From positions 644-64,643 of the forward strand of contig JBGVRH010000051.1 of the NCBI GenBank assembly GCA_045128275.1: a DNA stretch of 64,000 nucleotides, in the 5' to 3' direction. The notes below the pieces were generated by a model. The model made no database searches, was not told the origin of the DNA, and worked only from the letters and a program-made list of their open reading frames with translations. Position 1 is the stretch's first letter. Each line of letters begins with the position of its first letter. Positions 58,909 through 64,000 of the stretch are shown piece after piece. The DNA is from Eubacteriales bacterium (lineage in GTDB: Bacteria > Bacillota > Clostridia > Oscillospirales > CAG-272). The translations under genes were made by a program, and so were the position numbers.

Positions 58909-60505
58909 GATGTAGTTCCTTCTTTTTATCTATAGGTAATTGTTTTCCGAGTAAAAGTGCGATCAGCAGCCCCGCTCCGTAGAGGCAGGCCACCGAGGCA
59001 ACGGTACAGACCGTATGAAATGAGGTCACGGTCTGCCAGTCAAGCAGGGCGCGCAAAAGCTTGGTCAAGGTCACCGCTCCCACCGCCATGCCTGCGGGAA
59101 GTGCCACAACGGACAATCCCCCGCGGAAAGACGGGAGCATATCGGGGGCGTAGCGGGCGATGAAGCCCAGATTGCAGATCACGATGACGGTATCGCAGAG
59201 CAGAGAGCTGACGGGCGCGCCCGCCATGCCCCAGCTCTCCCGCCCCAACAGAATATAGGCGGTGATGATCTTTGCCCCCACTCCCAAGAGCATGGAGACA
59301 ATGGGCTTGTGGGCCTTTCCCGCGGCCTGGAGCATAGCCCCCGTGACCGTGGTCAGACAGGCGGCGGGGACAGATAATCCCAGACAGGAGAGCCACGGCG
59401 CGGCCTGGGCTACCGCCTCGGGCTGACCCCGAAACAGGAGGCTCAGGATATCCTCGGCAAAGACGGCGATCCCCAAGGCTGCGGGGAATGCCAACATCAG
59501 CGTCACCCCCAAGGCCGAGGAGGCTGTTTTTTTCAGCTCGGGGATGCCCTCCCTTCCCTTTTTCAGAGCCGCCGACAGGGCGGGAGTGGCGGAGAGAGCC
59601 ACCGACGTAGTCAAGGAGGGCAGGATGTTGAACACGGGCACCGCCAGGGTGGAGTAGCACCCGTACAGGGAGGTCGCCTCGGCGGCGGTGTAGCCCACGG
59701 CCTGCAAACGGCGCAGGATGAGGGCGAGGTCGATGCACTTGGTGAGGCTGATGATCCCCGCGCTCACCGTGACGGGGATGGCGGTGGCCAGCAGGGGCTT
59801 CAGGATGGGACAAGACTCACCCCGCGGAGTGACGGCGGGCAGAGGCTCGCGGCGGTCGGTCAGGGTCTTGTGGCAGAGGAGGTACATCACCGACAGGGCG
59901 GTGCCAACGGTCAGCCCCAGAACGGCATAGGCGGCGGCCACGGGGAGGGTCTCTCCTCTTGACTGAGCCAGACCCGCGAAGGCCAGCCCCAGAAACAGCT
60001 TGCCCGCCGCCTCCATGACCTGGGAGATGGCGGTGGGGAGCATCTGCCCCTTGCCCTGGAAGTAGCCCCGAAAGGCCGAGGACAGGCAGATGAGGAAGAC
60101 GGTAGGAGAGATGGCCCGCATACAGGCGGCGGACAGGGGACTGCCCAAAAGGAATGCGAAGGGGGCGGATAAGCCCCACAGCAGGAGAGTCCCGAGGCCC
60201 CCCACCCCCGCAAAGAGGGCGAGAGCCACCCGAAAGACCCGTCCCGCATCGTGTGAATTGCCCTCGGCCTCAAAGGAGGCGATGAGCACCGACATGGCCA
60301 CGGGAAGCCCCGCCGTGGAGATGACGCAGAACAGGGCGTAGAGCTCGTAGGCGGTGTTGAAATACCCCATGCCCTCGGTGCCGAGGTAGTTCAGAAGGGG
60401 GATGCGGTAGAAAAGTCCGATGACCTTGACGATTAGGGAGGACAGGGTCAGGATCCCCACCCCCGAGAGGAAGGAGGGGCGTTTGGTCTTTTGGTTTGGA
60501 AGCAT
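58901..60505 (-). CDS. MOP-superfamily flippase (YabM/SpoVB-like)
   Basis: IVKVIGLFYRIPL..GMGYF, RGYFQG, PTAISQVME; many TMs; upstream of mazG. Confidence 0.88.
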   Translation of the reverse strand: MLPNQKTKRPSFLSGVGILTLSSLIVKVIGLFYRIPLLNYLGTEGMGYFNTAYELYALFCVISTAGLPVAMSVLIASFEAEGNSHDAGRVFRVALALFAGVGGLGTLLLWGLSAPFAFLLGSPLSAACMRAISPTVFLICLSSAFRGYFQGKGQMLPTAISQVMEAAGKLFLGLAFAGLAQSRGETLPVAAAYAVLGLTVGTALSVMYLLCHKTLTDRREPLPAVTPRGESCPILKPLLATAIPVTVSAGIISLTKCIDLALILRRLQAVGYTAAEATSLYGCYSTLAVPVFNILPSLTTSVALSATPALSAALKKGREGIPELKKTASSALGVTLMLAFPAALGIAVFAEDILSLLFRGQPEAVAQAAPWLSCLGLSVPAACLTTVTGAMLQAAGKAHKPIVSMLLGVGAKIITAYILLGRESWGMAGAPVSSLLCDTVIVICNLGFIARYAPDMLPSFRGGLSVVALPAGMAVGAVTLTKLLRALLDWQTVTSFHTVCTVASVACLYGAGLLIALLLGKQLPIDKKKELHHE

Positions 60506-60556
60506 GGCATACCTCGCGGAAAGGATTCCCTACAAGGTATGCCCAAGGCTTTGCTT

Positions 60557-61525
60557 TTATATCAGAATGAACTCGTGGTACAGGGAATTCTCCGCCAGGC
60601 AGGCGGGGTCGATGCCCTCCACCCCCTCCACCGAGGCAAGGATGCGGGCTGACCACTCCACCTCCAGCCCGTCGCAGGGCTGCTCGGCGAAGATGCGGCG
60701 AAGATGGGGAGCCAGCATGTGGATATCGAAGGCCATGTTGGAATCGATACCGTAGTCGCAGGTGTGGGCGTAGGGGTAGATGGACTTGACCTCGTTGTCA
60801 CGGACGCTGTGCCACAGGGTGAGGGTGAAGTCGGGGGAGGTGCCCCGCTTGGCCTCGTCACGCACCAGGCGGCGGAGGAGTCGGATGTCGTCGGGCGCGA
60901 AGACCCGCTCGGAGCCGTCGGGGGCGACCAGCACAGTCTCCTTCATGACGTTGATGAAGATGCTCCGCTCGGGGATACCCGCAAAGAGGGCCGCCACCTC
61001 GGGGTAGACCGCCTGGATGCCCTCGAAGAGGAAGATAGGCTCCTCGTCCTCGGCCACGGTCAGCTCACGGTAGCCCTCGGTGTAGCCCGTGACGAAATCG
61101 AAGATGGGGATTTTCGCGCTTCCCTTCTCCATGAGGTCGCGGACACAGGCGGCCAGGGCGGGGAGGTCGATGGCGGCCACCGAATCGTAATCCAGCTTGC
61201 CGTCGGGACGGCTCTCGGCCATGGCCTCCAGCACGTCGCGGCCGTAGAAGAAATCGTCGATGGAAATGGGATGCACCACCCGCCCCGCGGCCTCCAGCAC
61301 GGCGGTCAGCTTGTCGGCGGTGGTGGTCTTGCCCGCGCAGGTAGGCCCCGACAGGCGGATGACCTTCACGCCGTGGGCCACGCAATCGGCGCAGATCGCC
61401 TCGGCGGCGGCGTTCAGACGGGCATCGAATTCCCGCTCGTTCTCCCCCACCAGAGCCACTCCCTCGGCGGGATCGGCAAAGGTCAAGGGCAGGCGGACGG
61501 GGGTGGGAGAAGAGAATCGTTTCAT
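60557..61525 (-). CDS. Nucleoside (uridine) kinase family protein
   Basis: LSGPTCAGKTT, ISIDDFF, FEGI, RLLRRLVRD..RG. Confidence 0.85.
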   Translation of the reverse strand: MKRFSSPTPVRLPLTFADPAEGVALVGENEREFDARLNAAAEAICADCVAHGVKVIRLSGPTCAGKTTTADKLTAVLEAAGRVVHPISIDDFFYGRDVLEAMAESRPDGKLDYDSVAAIDLPALAACVRDLMEKGSAKIPIFDFVTGYTEGYRELTVAEDEEPIFLFEGIQAVYPEVAALFAGIPERSIFINVMKETVLVAPDGSERVFAPDDIRLLRRLVRDEAKRGTSPDFTLTLWHSVRDNEVKSIYPYAHTCDYGIDSNMAFDIHMLAPHLRRIFAEQPCDGLEVEWSARILASVEGVEGIDPACLAENSLYHEFILI

Positions 61526-61545
61526 GCTGGGAGATCCTTTCTTTG

Positions 61546-61707
61546 AAATGCAAAATGCAAAATGCAAAATCAAGCGCGGAATACGGGCAAAACGGAAGTT
61601 GTTCGGGGAGAGAAAAGAAAGCGAACCTGCAAAACACTCCTGCAAAACAGGATACGCTTACCGACGCATCGGCTTTACACCCAATTTTGCATTTTGCATT
61701 TTGCATT
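61546..61707. repeat. Inverted heptamer arrays (AAATGCA)3 .. (TGCATTT)3
   Basis: 61546-61570 and 61684-61707 are reverse complements. Confidence 0.85.
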
Positions 61708-61712
61708 CTTCC

Positions 61713-63221
61713 TCAGTCCAGCATATTCCGCTCGCGGTAGAAGGCCTCGGCTCGGGCCAACCGCTCACGGTTGGTGACCTCTCCTACCTCGTCCAGGTAC
61801 TCGAAGGGGTACTTGGGGTTGAACATACGGTCGATGAAGCGGGGAGAGCCATCCACGGGGGCGTAATCCACCAGCTTGGTGACAGCGCCCGCGCCTGCGG
61901 CGAAGATGGAGTGAACCTCCTCCATCATGTAGATGTTGTAGAGGCCCTCGTAGCCGGGCAGGGCAAAGCCAACGTTCTCGAAGTTGCCCACGGTATTCTT
62001 CTGACGGTACATATAGTAGGGAATATACCCCTCGTGAGCGCATTGGATCTGGGAGTAGTCCACGCACTTACCCGTGTCACCGCCCCGCATGGAGTAGACG
62101 TCAGCCCCCTCCTTGCGCAGCTCGGCGGATTTCTTCACGCAGAAGGTATGTACCGTAACGTTCTCGGGGCGCAGGGCCATGATGCCGTCAAAGGAGGCCG
62201 AGAAGGTCTTGAAGCTGTCTCCGGGAAGCCCCGCGATGAGGTCGGTGTTGATGACGGGAATGCCCGAGGCACGGGCGATCTCGTAGGCCTTGTAGAACAT
62301 CTCGGTATTGTGGGCGCGGCCGATGTTGCGGAGCACGTCGTCACAGAGGGTCTGGGGATTGACGCTGATGCGGCCCACGCCGTACTCTCTGGCCACCGCC
62401 AGCTTCTCGGCGGTGATGGTATCGGGGCGGCCCGACTCCAGGGTATACTCCTCCAGGGCGCGGACGTTGGTCATGCGCTCCACAGCCCCCAGAAGGAAGG
62501 CCAGCTGATCCGGCTCCAGGATGGTGGGGGTTCCGCCGCCCACGTAGATGGTGCGAACCCGCAGACCCAGGCGGTTGATGGTCTCAAAGGTCTCCTCCAG
62601 GTCGTGTACCAGACGCTTGAGGTACTCGGGGATGAGGGAGAGAAGCCGCTTGGAGGTATAGGACACGAAGGAGCAGTAGGCGCATCTTGTGGGACAGAAG
62701 GGGATGGAGATGTAGACCGAGCAATCCTTTCTGCCGGGGGTACCGGTGAGCCGTGCCTCGTTGATGGCTACGTCGGTGGCCAGGGCGGCCTTCTTGGGGA
62801 TGACGAAGTAATCCTTGGTCAGCTCCTTGCGGATGCGGGTCTTACTCAAGCCCTTCTGGAGTAGCTCGGTGGCCACCTTGGAGGGACGGACACCCGTCAG
62901 CATACCCCAGGAGGGGCGATAGCCCATGACCTCGGCGCAAACAGAGGTCACGGCATCTCCCAGGGCGATCTTCTCGCGGCGCTCCTTGGTATAGCCCTCG
63001 TCGTAGTCGTAGTGGCGGGTGACCTCGGCGGACTGACCGCGGTAGGAGAGCTTGGCGGTGACGTCAATGCCCGCCTCGGGGGATTTGGACAGATTCACCC
63101 ACATCTCGGGGGTATCCTCGGTCACGGGATCCTCGTCCGAGAACTTGGAGCCGGGGAAGAAGATCATACAGAGAGTCTGTATGTAGTATTTGTTGACGGG
63201 TCCTTCTATATAGAGTCTCAT
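61713..63221 (-). CDS. hemZ: HemZ radical SAM protein (coproporphyrinogen dehydrogenase-like)
   Basis: WGMLTGVRP, YISIPFCPTRCAYCSF, GRPDTIT, PYYMYRQK; start may lie upstream (63344). Confidence 0.92.
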   Translation of the reverse strand: MRLYIEGPVNKYYIQTLCMIFFPGSKFSDEDPVTEDTPEMWVNLSKSPEAGIDVTAKLSYRGQSAEVTRHYDYDEGYTKERREKIALGDAVTSVCAEVMGYRPSWGMLTGVRPSKVATELLQKGLSKTRIRKELTKDYFVIPKKAALATDVAINEARLTGTPGRKDCSVYISIPFCPTRCAYCSFVSYTSKRLLSLIPEYLKRLVHDLEETFETINRLGLRVRTIYVGGGTPTILEPDQLAFLLGAVERMTNVRALEEYTLESGRPDTITAEKLAVAREYGVGRISVNPQTLCDDVLRNIGRAHNTEMFYKAYEIARASGIPVINTDLIAGLPGDSFKTFSASFDGIMALRPENVTVHTFCVKKSAELRKEGADVYSMRGGDTGKCVDYSQIQCAHEGYIPYYMYRQKNTVGNFENVGFALPGYEGLYNIYMMEEVHSIFAAGAGAVTKLVDYAPVDGSPRFIDRMFNPKYPFEYLDEVGEVTNRERLARAEAFYRERNMLD

Positions 63222-63379
63222 GATTTTCTCCGAATATTCCTGAATTTTGGTCGCATTCGCGGAGGGCGTTCCCTCCGTGGCAGGGGACATGCGGGGATCA
63301 GGCGAAGGGGTATTGCGAAGAGGGGATTTGCGGTTTTGGTTCATGCTATTATCTTCTTTGTGGTGGAACGAATGGAGGG

Positions 63380-63613
63380 TAATTCGCAATTCGAAATTCG
63401 TAATTCGTAATTCGTAATGAAGAAAGCATTTTGCCACGGGCAAAATGTGATCGAATGGTAAGGGTGGGTTCGCGCCATAGGATAACGGAGGTTTACCCTT
63501 ATTGGCGTTTTCCGGTCAGAATTCTTCTGATCCAAGTTCGTTGGAGCGGCTTTCACATAAGCAATGGGAATCCGTCAAATCAATTACGAATTGCGAATTA
63601 CGAATTGCGCATT
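63380..63613. repeat. Inverted heptamer arrays (AATTCGT)5 .. (ACGAATT)4
   Basis: 63380-63418 and 63582-63613 are degenerate reverse complements. Confidence 0.85.
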
Positions 63614-63638
63614 TTTTCTGACCGCCACCAAAAAGGAT

Positions 63639-64000
63639 TCACGCCTTATTTGCGGGCTTCAACACGTCACTCTCCATGACGATGGTCACAGGCCCATCGT
63701 TGAGGAGGGACACCTTCATATCCGCGCCGAACTGTCCGTGACCCACGTGCTTGACGTAGGCTTTTGCCTTTTCCACGAACAGCTCGTAGAGGCGGTTGGC
63801 CTCGGCGGGGGCGGCGGCGCCCAGGTAGTCGGGACGGTTGCCGTGCTTGTAGTTGGCGAGAAGGGTGAACTGGGACACCACCAGCAGCTCTCCGTCGATG
63901 TCCTGCACCGAGCGGTTCATCTTGCCGTTCTCGTCCTCGAAGATGCGGAGCTTGACGATCTTCTGGAGCATCCGATCCAGATCCTCCTCGGTGTCCCCCG
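63639..64000 (-). CDS. dtd: D-aminoacyl-tRNA deacylase (partial, start beyond window)
   Basis: LRIFEDENGKMN, VSQFTL, GNRP, FGADMKVSLLNDGPVT. Confidence 0.96.
   Translation of the reverse strand, partial: GDTEEDLDRMLQKIVKLRIFEDENGKMNRSVQDIDGELLVVSQFTLLANYKHGNRPDYLGAAAPAEANRLYELFVEKAKAYVKHVGHGQFGADMKVSLLNDGPVTIVMESDVLKPANKA

Noticed and set aside
61526-61645. N-terminal extensions of the kinase (and of hemZ to 63443) in the ORF track
   Set aside because: They translate the heptamer repeat DNA (LHFAFCI, LRITNFELRIT); better RBS-linked starts lie downstream.

Overview
A high-GC (~60% by eye) Clostridia-type chromosomal window, mostly minus-strand. Housekeeping genes: uvrC, HPr, trmD-rimM, nrdR, valS with T-box, rplU-prp-rpmA, prfC, dnaE, folD, lgt, ymfF/H-like peptidases, mazG, hemZ, dtd. 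Accessory content: GH3 and GH20 glycosidases, a MoxR-DUF58 operon, lipoproteins, an ECF sigma/anti-sigma pair and five XRE regulators. Highlights: (1) a serpin-lipoprotein-Cys-rich/Gly-repeat protein-radical SAM run whose upstream motif matches the ECF sigma's own promoter, a candidate protein-modification system; (2) a Shango-like defence operon (TerB-N/C, DUF2791 ATPase, Lhr helicase) split by three immunity-like genes between palindromic repeats; (3) three or four 220-270 bp elements with conserved inverted ends but unrelated hairpin interiors, often beside accessory genes; (4) a type I toxin-antitoxin locus missed by the ORF track; (5) an AT-rich gene wedged between the valS T-box and valS; (6) inverted heptamer arrays on both sides of hemZ. 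No rRNA, tRNA, CRISPR array, integrase or transposase was seen. All family calls are from motif recognition, not database searches.
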